Part shown: positions 17,100 to 26,273 of the stretch, piece by piece
Layout: the number at the start of each line of letters is the position of its first letter
Position numbering within the stretch: position 1 is the stretch's first letter
Source of the DNA: Chlamydiales bacterium
GTDB lineage: Bacteria; Chlamydiota; Chlamydiia; Chlamydiales; SM23-39
DNA: 45,080 nucleotides
Direction: 5' to 3'
NCBI GenBank assembly: GCA_035479435.1
Contig: DATIIR010000116.1
Coordinates: forward strand, 1 to 45,080
The notes under the pieces: model-generated
What the model was told of the DNA's origin: nothing
What the model saw: the letters and a program-made list of their open reading frames with translations, nothing else
Databases searched by the model: none
Program-made: the position numbers and the translations under genes

Positions 17100-17651
17100 A
17101 TGTCTTACGCTAGAACACTCACAGCCGAAAAAACCCTCGCGCGCGATTTTTTGCTCGTGATCATTACCAGTTTTGCCATTTGCCTCTCGGGGAAGATCGC
17201 CATTCCACTTTGGTTTACACCCGTTCCCATCGCCACGCAAAATTCGGTCATCCTCATCCTTGCGGCTCTTCTCGGTGCGCGCAGAGCCTTTGCCGCCACG
17301 CTCCTCTTTCTCGCTCAAGGAGCTCTCCTAGGCCTTCCCGTCTTCTCTAACGGGGGAGCTGGTCTCCACGTCCTCATTGGCCCCACAGGCGGCTACCTAA
17401 CCGGCTACCTGATCGCCTCCTACGTTGTGGGATATATTGCGGAGAGGAATCGAAGTCTGCTCAACGGCTTGTTAGCTATGAGCGTTGGGAATCTGATCAT
17501 CTATTTCTGTGGGGTTAGCTATCTGACCACCTTCCTCGGCCTGAGTAAAGCGCTGATGTTGGGAGTGGTGCCCTTTATTCTCGGCGACGTGCTCAAGATC
17601 GCCGCAGGCCTCAGCCTCCTAAAATGGACCCAACATATTTATAATAAATGA
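17100..17651 (+). CDS. bioY: Biotin transporter BioY
   Basis: The ATG at 17100 is preceded by AAGGAG. Polytopic membrane protein with the BioY-typical GPTGGYLTGYL. Confidence 0.88.
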   Translation: MSYARTLTAEKTLARDFLLVIITSFAICLSGKIAIPLWFTPVPIATQNSVILILAALLGARRAFAATLLFLAQGALLGLPVFSNGGAGLHVLIGPTGGYLTGYLIASYVVGYIAERNRSLLNGLLAMSVGNLIIYFCGVSYLTTFLGLSKALMLGVVPFILGDVLKIAAGLSLLKWTQHIYNK

Positions 17652-17733
17652 GTTATGAAAATGGAAGCGATTCTTCCAAATAATGCCAGAAAATGGAGTT
17701 GACGATTCCATAAAAAGATGTTACCATAAGGGT

Positions 17734-18888
17734 ATGTATAAACGTTTATTGACAGCGCCCAAGTTGCACAAGTCGAGTTTTTTCCTTTTTGGACCCAGGG
17801 GAACGGGCAAGACCTCCTGGGCCAAAGCGGAGTTCCCCGATGCTGTTGTCTTCGATCTATTATCCACGAGTGTCTATGTAGAATTTCTACAAAATCCATC
17901 GATTTTGGAGGATAAAATTCCCAAGGGATTTGACGATTGGATTGTCATCGATGAGATTCAGAAAATTCCCGATTTATTGAATGAAGTACATAGGTTGATT
18001 GAGTCTTATCGCTATCGATTCATATTAACTGGATCCAGCGCGCGATCTCTGCGTCGAAAAGGGGTCAATCTACTTGCGGGGAGAGCTCATTCTTATAAAA
18101 TGTTCCCTCTTACGGCTGCCGAGTTAGGTTCTGATTTTCATCTTCATGAATCTCTTCTCGTAGGTCATTTACCAGCGGTCTATGATAACAAAGGAGCTGC
18201 TGAGGAATATTTAAATTCCTATATTGGAACCTATCTGCGAGAAGAAGTTTTGCAGGAAGGTCTAACGCGCAATCTCGCTGCTTTTGCCCGATTTCTAGAG
18301 GTGGCCAGTTTTTCACAAGGGAGCCTCTTAAATATTTCTGAAGTAGCAAGAGAATGTAAAATAGAACGAAAAATAGTGGAAAATTACTTCGCTATATTGG
18401 AAGATCTGCTGATCGCCACCCGACTCCCTGTATTTACGAAAAAAGCGCAGCGCCAAACTGTAATGCATCCCAAGTTTTACTATTTTGATGTTGGCGTCTA
18501 TCGGTCGATTCGACCCAAGGGGCCATTGGATACGCCGGAATTGATTGGAGGAACAGCTCTAGAAACACTGGTTTTTCAAGAGCTATCTGCGGTGAACGAA
18601 TATGGACGAAGCGGTTTTGAACTCTATTTTTGGCGAACCGTCGATCAGCAAGAGGTTGATTTTATTTTATATGGAGAGAAGAGCTTAATCGCTATTGAAG
18701 TGAAAAGTTCGAAGACAATCCATCCGTCAGATCTTCGTAGTCTGCAAATATTTAAGGAAGAATACCCAATTGCGAAATTGTTTTTGTTCTATGGAGGGAA
18801 AGAACCTTTCCATCGGGGAGATATTGAAATTCTTCCGATAGCCGACGTTCTTCCTCGTCTCCCTCAGTTTCTCAAACAGTTTGTCTGA
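17734..18888 (+). CDS. AAA-family ATPase with a C-terminal DUF4143-type (nuclease-fold-like) domain
   Basis: Walker A GPRGTGKTS, Walker B WIVIDEIQKIP, and a C-terminal QEVDFILYGEKSLIAIEVKSS signature. Visibly more AT-rich than its flanks. Confidence 0.8.
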   Translation: MYKRLLTAPKLHKSSFFLFGPRGTGKTSWAKAEFPDAVVFDLLSTSVYVEFLQNPSILEDKIPKGFDDWIVIDEIQKIPDLLNEVHRLIESYRYRFILTGSSARSLRRKGVNLLAGRAHSYKMFPLTAAELGSDFHLHESLLVGHLPAVYDNKGAAEEYLNSYIGTYLREEVLQEGLTRNLAAFARFLEVASFSQGSLLNISEVARECKIERKIVENYFAILEDLLIATRLPVFTKKAQRQTVMHPKFYYFDVGVYRSIRPKGPLDTPELIGGTALETLVFQELSAVNEYGRSGFELYFWRTVDQQEVDFILYGEKSLIAIEVKSSKTIHPSDLRSLQIFKEEYPIAKLFLFYGGKEPFHRGDIEILPIADVLPRLPQFLKQFV

Positions 18889-18904
18889 TATTTCTCTTGC
18901 TTTC

Positions 18905-18937
18905 AACTCAGGTTTTGAGAAAATCAGAACCTGAGTT
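18905..18937 (+). terminator. Perfect 10-bp stem hairpin (AACTCAGGTT / AACCTGAGTT, 13-nt loop) abutting the next start codon
   Basis: Read directly. No T-tract follows, so terminator function is uncertain. It may instead occlude the translation start at 18938. Confidence 0.35.
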
Positions 18938-19825
18938 ATGAAACGATTGGTTCTCTTCCTTTTCCTGATCGGAGCTGTTTTCGCTGGGTCGTTTATCGCC
19001 GGAAGGTGGTTTGACAAAGTGACAGAGACCCGTCCTGAGTCTCCTCTCCCAACGGAAAACCGCCCCACCAACTTTACCTTGAAGAATCTCCCATTCACCA
19101 TCGTCATCGTCGGCGTCAATAATGGCGCCGCAGTGGAGAAAACCCTCACCTCCGTCTTCTCCCAAAATTATGAAAATTACCACGTCGTCTACATCGATGA
19201 TGCCTCCGACGACGGAAGCTACGATGTGGCTCGCGATCTGATTTACGATAGCGGCCATCTGGGTCAGGTGACCCTGGCGCGCAATGAAGAGCGGTTGGGC
19301 ATCTTGGCCAACCTCTTCAGGGCCGTGCAACTGCTCGATGAACGGGAGATCATTCTCGTGCTCCAAGGAGAAGACTGGCTCGCTCACGAATGGGTCTTGC
19401 AGCGGCTCAACGCCTACTACGCCGACCCCGATGTGTGGTTGACCTACGGGCAATATCGGGACTATCCCACCTACCAGCTCGGCACATGTCGCGAATTGAA
19501 AGAGGTGGCGTTGCGCAGTGGCCCCTTCGCGCCGTCCCATCTGAATACGTTTTACGCAGGCCTCTTTAAAAAAGTGCGCGAGTCGGACTTCATCGCGGGG
19601 GGCAAATTCTTATCTGCCTGCTCCGAGATGGCCTACATGGTTCCCATGCTCGAGATGGCCAAAAACCACGCCCAATTCATCTCTGAAATCCTCTACATCA
19701 ACAACCGACAAGCCAGTTACAAAGAGGATCGAGAGACACAAATGCGGTGCGAGAAATTCATCCGGGCGCTCGATGCCTATCCTCCACTTCTTAGTCTCAA
19801 TGAGGTCGAACCATGTGGCGCCTGA
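18938..19825 (+). CDS. Membrane-anchored family-2 glycosyltransferase (single GT-A module)
   Basis: N-terminal TM (LVLFLFLIGAVFAGSFIAG). GT2 signature FTIVIVGVNNG...VVYIDDASDDGS. Paralogous to the N-terminal half of the next ORF (DVWLTYGQYRDYP versus DVWLALGQGIDYP). Confidence 0.8.
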   Translation: MKRLVLFLFLIGAVFAGSFIAGRWFDKVTETRPESPLPTENRPTNFTLKNLPFTIVIVGVNNGAAVEKTLTSVFSQNYENYHVVYIDDASDDGSYDVARDLIYDSGHLGQVTLARNEERLGILANLFRAVQLLDEREIILVLQGEDWLAHEWVLQRLNAYYADPDVWLTYGQYRDYPTYQLGTCRELKEVALRSGPFAPSHLNTFYAGLFKKVRESDFIAGGKFLSACSEMAYMVPMLEMAKNHAQFISEILYINNRQASYKEDRETQMRCEKFIRALDAYPPLLSLNEVEPCGA

Positions 19826-21405
19826 TCCTTGTTTTCGTCTTAGCGCTTGGCGGTTTTTGGATGGGGAGGGGGCGTGAAGCGCCCAAAAAAACCGTGGCCG
19901 TCCATCCAGAGAAGGAATTCCCCGTTACGGAACACAAATCGTTTGCGGTCGTCGTTTATGCCCACAATCAAGCCCTCTGGTGTGAACGGGCTCTGAGATC
20001 GATCTTTGAGCAAGAGTATGATCACTACCGGATCCTCTTGGTCGATGATGGCTCCATCGATGGCACCAGTGAAAAAGTAAAGCAATTCATCGCCGACAAC
20101 AATCAAAAAGAGCGCTTCACTCTGATTCGCAGTGAAACGTGTCTAGGCAGAGTCGCCTCTCTCTACCGCGCCATCGACAGCTGTCTCGATCGGGAGATTG
20201 TCATTCCGCTCGATGCAAAGGACTGGTTGGCCCACCCGATGGCTTTGAGTAAAATCAACGGAGCCTATCAAAATCCCGATGTGTGGCTCGCCCTCGGGCA
20301 GGGAATCGACTACCCCTCCTATGAGATACGCGATCAGGTGCAAACTTCCTTTTACGCCGCCCTCTTCAAGCAAATCCGCCTTCAGGATCTCTTCAAAAAA
20401 GGGCACTTCACCACCGTCGCTCAGGCCTACTTGACTCCGCTCTCCGACATGTCGGGCGGTAGAGTACGGAAGCTGCAAGAGCCGGTCGTCTTTTCCAATA
20501 CCACTAGCTCCATGAGAGGAGTAGAGGCTCCCGCCGAAATCGTCCACTATCACCCACTGACGCAGTTCCCCACTGCGCGCGAACCCAAACTCGCCGACAT
20601 CCTCATCTTCTCTTTCGACCGGCCGCTGCAGCTCTACGCATGTCTCGAATCGGTCCAGCGCTACATCACCGGCTTTGAGAACATCACCGTCCTCTATCGC
20701 GCTAGCAGCGGAGAATTTGCGGCCGGGTACGACAAAGTGAAAAACGCCTTCCCCATCGTTCAGTTCGTCGCCCAATCGGAGAGCGATCCCAAACATGACT
20801 TCAAGCCCCATGTGATGAAAATCGTCTTCGATTCTCCGTCGCAATATATCCTCTTTGGGGTCGACGACATCATCGTCAAGGACTTTGTCGATCTCAAGCT
20901 CTGCATGGACCAGATGGAGAAAACGGACGCCTATGGCTTTTACCTCCGCTTTGGAAGGCACATCCACCACTGCTACCAGACCAATCAGCCCCAAGAGCTT
21001 CCCCCCAGCCTACCCCTTGCTAATGGGGTCTTTGCCTGGGACATTCGGGCAGCTGATTCGGACTGGGCCTTTGCCAATTCGCTCGACATGACGCTCTTTA
21101 AAAAGGATCTGCTCAAAGACGCCTTCGCGTATCTCAGGTTTAAGACGCCCAACAGCCTCGAATTCAACTGGGCCAACGACTATGCCCCAAAGGAGGCCAT
21201 TGGGCTCTACTTTGACCATTCGAAGCTGGTGAATGTGCCGATGAATTTAGTGGGTCGAACAGGAAATCCACATATGAACTACCTGTCGACGGAAGAGTTA
21301 TTGGTGAAGTTCAATCAAGGGTTGAAGATCGATATTGAGCCGCTCTACCGAGTCGAGAATGCGTCGCCCCATATCGACTACATTCCCGAATTCGTCTTGC
21401 GTTAG
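19813..21405 (+). CDS. Membrane-anchored glycosyltransferase with two GT-A-like modules
   Basis: N-terminal TM. Module 1 has FAVVVYAHNQ...ILLVDDGSIDGT. Module 2, from about aa 255, has ILIFSFDRPLQLYACLES ... ILFGVDDIIV (a DXD-like motif). 13-nt overlap with the upstream GT gene. Confidence 0.75.
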   Translation: MWRLILVFVLALGGFWMGRGREAPKKTVAVHPEKEFPVTEHKSFAVVVYAHNQALWCERALRSIFEQEYDHYRILLVDDGSIDGTSEKVKQFIADNNQKERFTLIRSETCLGRVASLYRAIDSCLDREIVIPLDAKDWLAHPMALSKINGAYQNPDVWLALGQGIDYPSYEIRDQVQTSFYAALFKQIRLQDLFKKGHFTTVAQAYLTPLSDMSGGRVRKLQEPVVFSNTTSSMRGVEAPAEIVHYHPLTQFPTAREPKLADILIFSFDRPLQLYACLESVQRYITGFENITVLYRASSGEFAAGYDKVKNAFPIVQFVAQSESDPKHDFKPHVMKIVFDSPSQYILFGVDDIIVKDFVDLKLCMDQMEKTDAYGFYLRFGRHIHHCYQTNQPQELPPSLPLANGVFAWDIRAADSDWAFANSLDMTLFKKDLLKDAFAYLRFKTPNSLEFNWANDYAPKEAIGLYFDHSKLVNVPMNLVGRTGNPHMNYLSTEELLVKFNQGLKIDIEPLYRVENASPHIDYIPEFVLR

Positions 21406-21782
21406 GCTCTTTTTGGTTTCTTGGCGGGCGGTAGCTCGTCGTGAGCAGCGGGCATGTGTTGCGCTTTTCTCTTCAAATTGGGGCTAGCGACGCGATCGGT
21501 CTTGGTGTTAGTTTTCGTGAGCTCGTCAGGTTTGTTCTTCCCTGGTTTGCGGATCTCGATATCTCTCTGTTCTGCCATGTCGTAGGTTTTTGACTCCTCA
21601 AAAGCCGTCTCCGCTTTCAGGATCTCCTCACTATTTAATTGAATGAAAGGTCTAAGCGAGGAATTGACGATCTCCGCTGTTTGGACCATTCGTCTCTGTC
21701 CAAAAGTGGCATTCGATTCTTTCGTCTCACCGATGATCCCAAAATTGGATATTTTGTCCGCAGGTCCTTCTATTCCATCCAT
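21402..21782 (-). CDS. Hypothetical, probably disordered basic protein
   Basis: 126 aa of low-complexity, K/E/T-rich sequence. C-terminal KRKAQHMPAAHDELPPAKKPKRA. Convergent 4-nt overlap with the GT gene. Weak coding evidence. Confidence 0.45.
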   Translation of the reverse strand: MDGIEGPADKISNFGIIGETKESNATFGQRRMVQTAEIVNSSLRPFIQLNSEEILKAETAFEESKTYDMAEQRDIEIRKPGKNKPDELTKTNTKTDRVASPNLKRKAQHMPAAHDELPPAKKPKRA

Positions 21783-21835
21783 GATCCCCTCCGGGGTTGT
21801 GTAAATTTATTTGTATACACTCATCTTTTTTAAGT

Positions 21836-21988
21836 CTAGACCGTTTGCAGTTTCGAAAAGATGTGGCTCGCCTTCTCAGAGCCAGGCAGATCCTCTCCGT
21901 CCAGTGTGATGAATTGCCCCTTCTTGGCAGCCAAAACCAGTTTGACGACCTCAAATGTTGCGTGTGTATTCTCAATTCTGTTGCACAT
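21836..21988 (-). CDS. Possible 50-aa small ORF (below the ORF-track cutoff)
   Basis: Hand translation gives MCNRIENTHATFEVVKLVLAAKKGQFITLDGEDLPGSEKASHIFSKLQTV. The composition looks protein-like, but there is no clear RBS. Confidence 0.25.
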   Translation of the reverse strand: MCNRIENTHATFEVVKLVLAAKKGQFITLDGEDLPGSEKASHIFSKLQTV

Positions 21989-22191
21989 TGTATTTACTTA
22001 CAGTTGTTGCCTACCGCAATTATAGATGAAATTTATTATAAAATCAATGTTTTTCGAAAGCGTTGTATTATAAGTCGTTGCAGTTCAGTGCGTTGCGGTT
22101 TGTATATTGTCTATCCTGTTAAATATAAGCAATTTAGGGATTGAAAGAAAAGAGTGGAAGAAAACCCTTTCTAACGGGTTAAATAGAGGGC

Positions 22192-24882
22192 ATGTCGACT
22201 GTTTTTTGGACCATTGTATCTTATGTAGCGCGAGCTCTTTTGTCTTTGCGGTATCGGATCGAGGTAAAAGGGCTGGAAACGCTAACGCCCGACCGGTTGA
22301 ACCGAAAAGGGGGGATCCTCTTTTTGCCCAACCACCCCGCTCACGTAGATCCGCTGATGCTCTTTGTTTGGCTCTGGCCCAAATTCCGGATGCGACCGCT
22401 GGTCGTCGAGTATGTCTTTAGGACCCCCTTCTTGAAGCTCGGTATCCGATTGGTGAGAGCTCTTCCCATCCCCAATTTTGAAAATGCCGTCAATGAACTG
22501 AAACTGAGGATGGCGGAAAAATCGGTTCGAGAAATCGCCGAGGGGCTGAAAGTGGGGGATAACTTTATCCTCTATCCGGCGGGGAGATTGAAAAATACCG
22601 GCAAAGAACTGCTCGGCGGCTCTTCTGCAACGCATGAGTTGATGAAAGAGTGTCCCGATGCGAATGTGATCTTGATCCGGACTACGGGCTTGTGGGGGAG
22701 TAGTTTCTCTCGCGCCCTGATCGGGAGATCGCCCGATTTAAAGGAGTCGGGGGGGCATGCGATCAAAGTCCTTTTGAAAAATCTCCTCTTCTTCGCTCCG
22801 AGAAGGAGAGTGCTCATCGAGATCGAGCCGAATCCGGTCGATTTTCCGCGGGGCGATTTCTCCCGGATCGATCTCAATCGCTACCTGGAAAACTGGTACA
22901 ATCGCTACCCCGATCAATCGGGGGCCATTCATGAGAGCGAACCGCTGAAACTGATTTCGTATAGTAGATGGAGAGAGGAACTCCCCGCGGTTTATCGACA
23001 GAAAAAGAAAACCAATAACAACAGCGGGATCCACGTATCCGATGAGACGCGTCGGAAGATTACCAACGAAATCAAAAAGATCTTGGACAGGCCCGATTTA
23101 GAGATAGAGCCGGAGCAAAATCTCGCGTTTGATCTCGGAATGGACTCCCTCAATATCGCCGAATTGATCACCTATTTGGCCAAGAATTACGATGTAGGCG
23201 AATTGCACCCCGAAGATATGGAGACAGTGGGCGGCCTTTTTGAACTCGCGGAAGGGGGCAAAGAGGAGAGACCTCCTAGCAAGGCGCCCTCCCAATTCAC
23301 CTGGCCCGAAGAAAAACATCGCCTCGCTCCCGCTCTTCCGATGGGACGCACGATCCCTGAAGCGTTCCTCAACTCGTGCCAGCGGATGGGATCCCTTTCG
23401 GCCTGCGGCGACGATCTCGTCGGCGTATTGACCTATTCCAAGATGAAAAGGGCCGTTTTGGTCCTGGCCCAGTATTTCAAAACGTGGGAAGAGGAGCGGG
23501 TCGCCGTGTTGCTGCCGGCATCCGTGGGCGCCTACATTGTGATTTTGGCCCTCCAAATGGCGGGTAAGACCCCCGTCATGCTCAATTGGACTCTGGGTTC
23601 TCGCTACCTCGAAGAGATGGTGAAGCTCAGCGGTGCTCGGGCGATCCTCAGCTCATGGCGCTTTCTAGATCGCTTGCCCAATGTGCAATTCGGCTCCTGC
23701 ATCGATAAGCTCGTGCTCCTGGAAGACGTGCGCAAATCGCTCACCTTCAAGATGAAACTCAGCGGAGCGCTCTTGGCCAAATGCTCCGTGAACCAAATTG
23801 TGCGCGCTATGGGCCTGGACAAGATCGATGAAAACAGCCCTTGCGTAGTTCTCTTTACCAGCGGCACGGAAGCTGTCCCAAAAGGGGTCCCGTTGTCGCA
23901 TAAAAATATCATCTCCAATCAGCGCTCTGCGATGATGTGCATCGACGTCGATGCGACCGATGTGCTCTATGGCATTTTGCCTCCCTTCCACTCGTTTGGC
24001 TTTTCGGTCGCGGGGCTCTTCCCCCTTCTCGGAGGCATTCGAGTCGCCTTTTATCCCGATCCAACCGATAGTTTCGCCCTCGCCGAAGGGATACAGAGAT
24101 GGAAAGTCTCCTTCTTTTGTAGCGCTCCAAGCTTCTTGAAAGGGCTCTTCGCAGCGGCCAAAAATGAGCAGCTCCGCACCATCCGCTATTTCGTCTCAGG
24201 CGCAGAGAAAGCGCCCAAAGAGCTCTTCGAACGGGTGGAGAAATTGAAGTCGAGAGCGCAGCTAGTCGAAGGCTATGGCATCACCGAGTGCTCTCCGATC
24301 CTCACGCTCAACCGCCCCAATTTGCCCCCGAAAGGAGTGGGGCGCGTAGCGCCAGGGATTGAGATGCGCACCATTCACCCCGAAACGCTCGAACCGATTC
24401 CTGAAGGCAAAGAAGGGGAGCTCTGCGTCCGCGGCGACAACGTCTTTAGCGGTTACCTCGGCAACCCCCGCACCCCCTTTGTCCAGATCGACGGGCAGCA
24501 GTGGTACCGTACCGGGGATTTGGGCTTTATCGACAAAGAGGGGAATGTGATCCTTTCGGGGCGACTGAAGCGCTTTACGAAAGTGGGCGGCGAGATGATC
24601 AGCCTCGGCGCTGTCGAAGAGATCATCACCGGCGCACTCCTCAAACAGAAGCGGATCTCTCCCGACGTCCCTTCTGTCGCCATCTGTTCCGACGAGAGCG
24701 GCGGCACCGCCAAGTTGGTCCTCTTTGTCACAGTCGATCTGGAGAAAGAAGAGGCCAATCAGATCCTCCATCAAGCGGGGTTTAGCAATCTCGTGAAGAT
24801 TTCGAGCGTGAAGAAAATCGAGGAAATTCCCCTCATGGGAGCCGGCAAGACCGATTACCGCTCACTGCAGGCGCTATGCTAA
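22192..24882 (+). CDS. aas: Aas-like tri-domain enzyme: lysophospholipid acyltransferase + carrier-protein domain + acyl-ACP synthetase (AMP-forming)
   Basis: PlsC HX4D box (NHPAHVD). Internal phosphopantetheine site FDLGMDSLNIAEL. Adenylation motifs LFTSGTEAVPKGV, GYGITE and YRTGDLG. 896 aa. Confidence 0.85.
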   Translation: MSTVFWTIVSYVARALLSLRYRIEVKGLETLTPDRLNRKGGILFLPNHPAHVDPLMLFVWLWPKFRMRPLVVEYVFRTPFLKLGIRLVRALPIPNFENAVNELKLRMAEKSVREIAEGLKVGDNFILYPAGRLKNTGKELLGGSSATHELMKECPDANVILIRTTGLWGSSFSRALIGRSPDLKESGGHAIKVLLKNLLFFAPRRRVLIEIEPNPVDFPRGDFSRIDLNRYLENWYNRYPDQSGAIHESEPLKLISYSRWREELPAVYRQKKKTNNNSGIHVSDETRRKITNEIKKILDRPDLEIEPEQNLAFDLGMDSLNIAELITYLAKNYDVGELHPEDMETVGGLFELAEGGKEERPPSKAPSQFTWPEEKHRLAPALPMGRTIPEAFLNSCQRMGSLSACGDDLVGVLTYSKMKRAVLVLAQYFKTWEEERVAVLLPASVGAYIVILALQMAGKTPVMLNWTLGSRYLEEMVKLSGARAILSSWRFLDRLPNVQFGSCIDKLVLLEDVRKSLTFKMKLSGALLAKCSVNQIVRAMGLDKIDENSPCVVLFTSGTEAVPKGVPLSHKNIISNQRSAMMCIDVDATDVLYGILPPFHSFGFSVAGLFPLLGGIRVAFYPDPTDSFALAEGIQRWKVSFFCSAPSFLKGLFAAAKNEQLRTIRYFVSGAEKAPKELFERVEKLKSRAQLVEGYGITECSPILTLNRPNLPPKGVGRVAPGIEMRTIHPETLEPIPEGKEGELCVRGDNVFSGYLGNPRTPFVQIDGQQWYRTGDLGFIDKEGNVILSGRLKRFTKVGGEMISLGAVEEIITGALLKQKRISPDVPSVAICSDESGGTAKLVLFVTVDLEKEEANQILHQAGFSNLVKISSVKKIEEIPLMGAGKTDYRSLQALC

Positions 24883-26273
24883 AGATTTTCAACACCGAAA
24901 GCCGTGAAAAAGAAGAGATCGTGTCCCATCACGGCCCCCTCAAAATGTACACCTGCGGCCCCACGATCTACGACTTTGCCCACATCGGCAATTTCCGCAC
25001 CTATGTGTTCGAAGATCTCTTGCGGCGCGCCATCCAGTTCTTTGGCTTTGGCATTGAACAGGCGATGAACATCACCGATATCGACGACAAAACCATCCGC
25101 GGCGCCATTCAGAAACAGATTCCTCTGAAAGAGTACACCGAGCCCTACAGGAGAGCCTTCTTTGACGATCTCCACACTCTCAATATTCAGAAGGTGGAAC
25201 ACTATCCAGCGGCCACCGACTACATCCCCGAAATGATCCAGATGATCGAGAAGCTCATCCAGAAGGGCTACGGCTACAAGAGCCAAAACGGCAGCATCTA
25301 TTTCTCCATCCGGAAATTTTCCTCCTATGGGCGCCTTTCCCACCTCAATTTAGCCGACCTCAAGGTGAACGCATCGGGAGAAAATGAAGCCGACGAGTAC
25401 GACAAAGACAATATCGCCGATTTTGTCCTCTGGAAAGCCTACGACCCTACCCGTGACGGGAAGATTTTTTGGGAGAGCCCCTTTGGCCCCGGCAGGCCCG
25501 GTTGGCACATCGAGTGCTCCGCCATGGCCACCAAACTCCTTGGGGCTACAATCGATATCCATTGCGGCGGCGTCGACAACATGTTCCCGCACCACGAGAA
25601 TGAAATTGCCCAATCGGAATGTTGCTCAGGCCACCGCTTTGCCCGCCTTTGGGTTCACGTTGAGCACCTTCTCGTCGATCACAAAAAGATGTCGAAGAGC
25701 CTCGGCAATTTCTACACCCTCCGCGACCTGCTCAAGAAAGGGTATACTGGCCCAGAAGTGCGCTATCTCCTCCTCTCGACCCACTACCGCACCCAACTCA
25801 ATTTCACTTTCGCCGGCCTGGACGCCGCCCGCTCTAGCCTGCAACGCGTTGAGGACCTCGTCCTTCGCCTTCGCGCCCTCCAAGGCCACCATCTCAGCTC
25901 CTCGTGTCTGGAGCGCGCCCGCACCCGGTTTAAAGCTGCCCTGGCCGACGATCTCAACATCTCCGCCGCCCTCGCCGCCCTTTTTGACCTCATTCGGGAA
26001 CTCAATGTTCTCTGCGACGAGAACAAGCTGGGGCAAGACGAGGCGCAAGACGCCCTCAAACTCCTCGCCGAGTGGGACCGAGTGTTGGGCGTCCTTCCTT
26101 TAGAGAAAAAAGAAGAAGAGGTCCCCGTCGACCTTCTTCGTCTCCTTGAGCTTCGAGAAACCGCGCGGCGCGACAAGAATTGGCGCGTGAGCGATGAGAT
26201 GCGCGATCAGATCCTATCTCGGGGATACGTCATTGAAGATACACCTAGCGGGGCGAGGCTGAAGAAGAAATGA
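24876..26273 (+). CDS. cysS: Cysteinyl-tRNA synthetase
   Basis: Class I HIGH-type AHIGNFR and KMSKS; 465 aa. Overlaps the aas stop. Confidence 0.95.
   Translation: MLKIFNTESREKEEIVSHHGPLKMYTCGPTIYDFAHIGNFRTYVFEDLLRRAIQFFGFGIEQAMNITDIDDKTIRGAIQKQIPLKEYTEPYRRAFFDDLHTLNIQKVEHYPAATDYIPEMIQMIEKLIQKGYGYKSQNGSIYFSIRKFSSYGRLSHLNLADLKVNASGENEADEYDKDNIADFVLWKAYDPTRDGKIFWESPFGPGRPGWHIECSAMATKLLGATIDIHCGGVDNMFPHHENEIAQSECCSGHRFARLWVHVEHLLVDHKKMSKSLGNFYTLRDLLKKGYTGPEVRYLLLSTHYRTQLNFTFAGLDAARSSLQRVEDLVLRLRALQGHHLSSSCLERARTRFKAALADDLNISAALAALFDLIRELNVLCDENKLGQDEAQDALKLLAEWDRVLGVLPLEKKEEEVPVDLLRLLELRETARRDKNWRVSDEMRDQILSRGYVIEDTPSGARLKKK

Noticed and set aside
21797-22144. 115-aa plus-strand ORF in the AT-rich gap upstream of aas.
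   Set aside because: Cys/Ile/Phe-rich composition is typical of random AT-rich frames. It has no RBS, and it overlaps the more protein-like minus-strand small ORF and the probable aas promoter.
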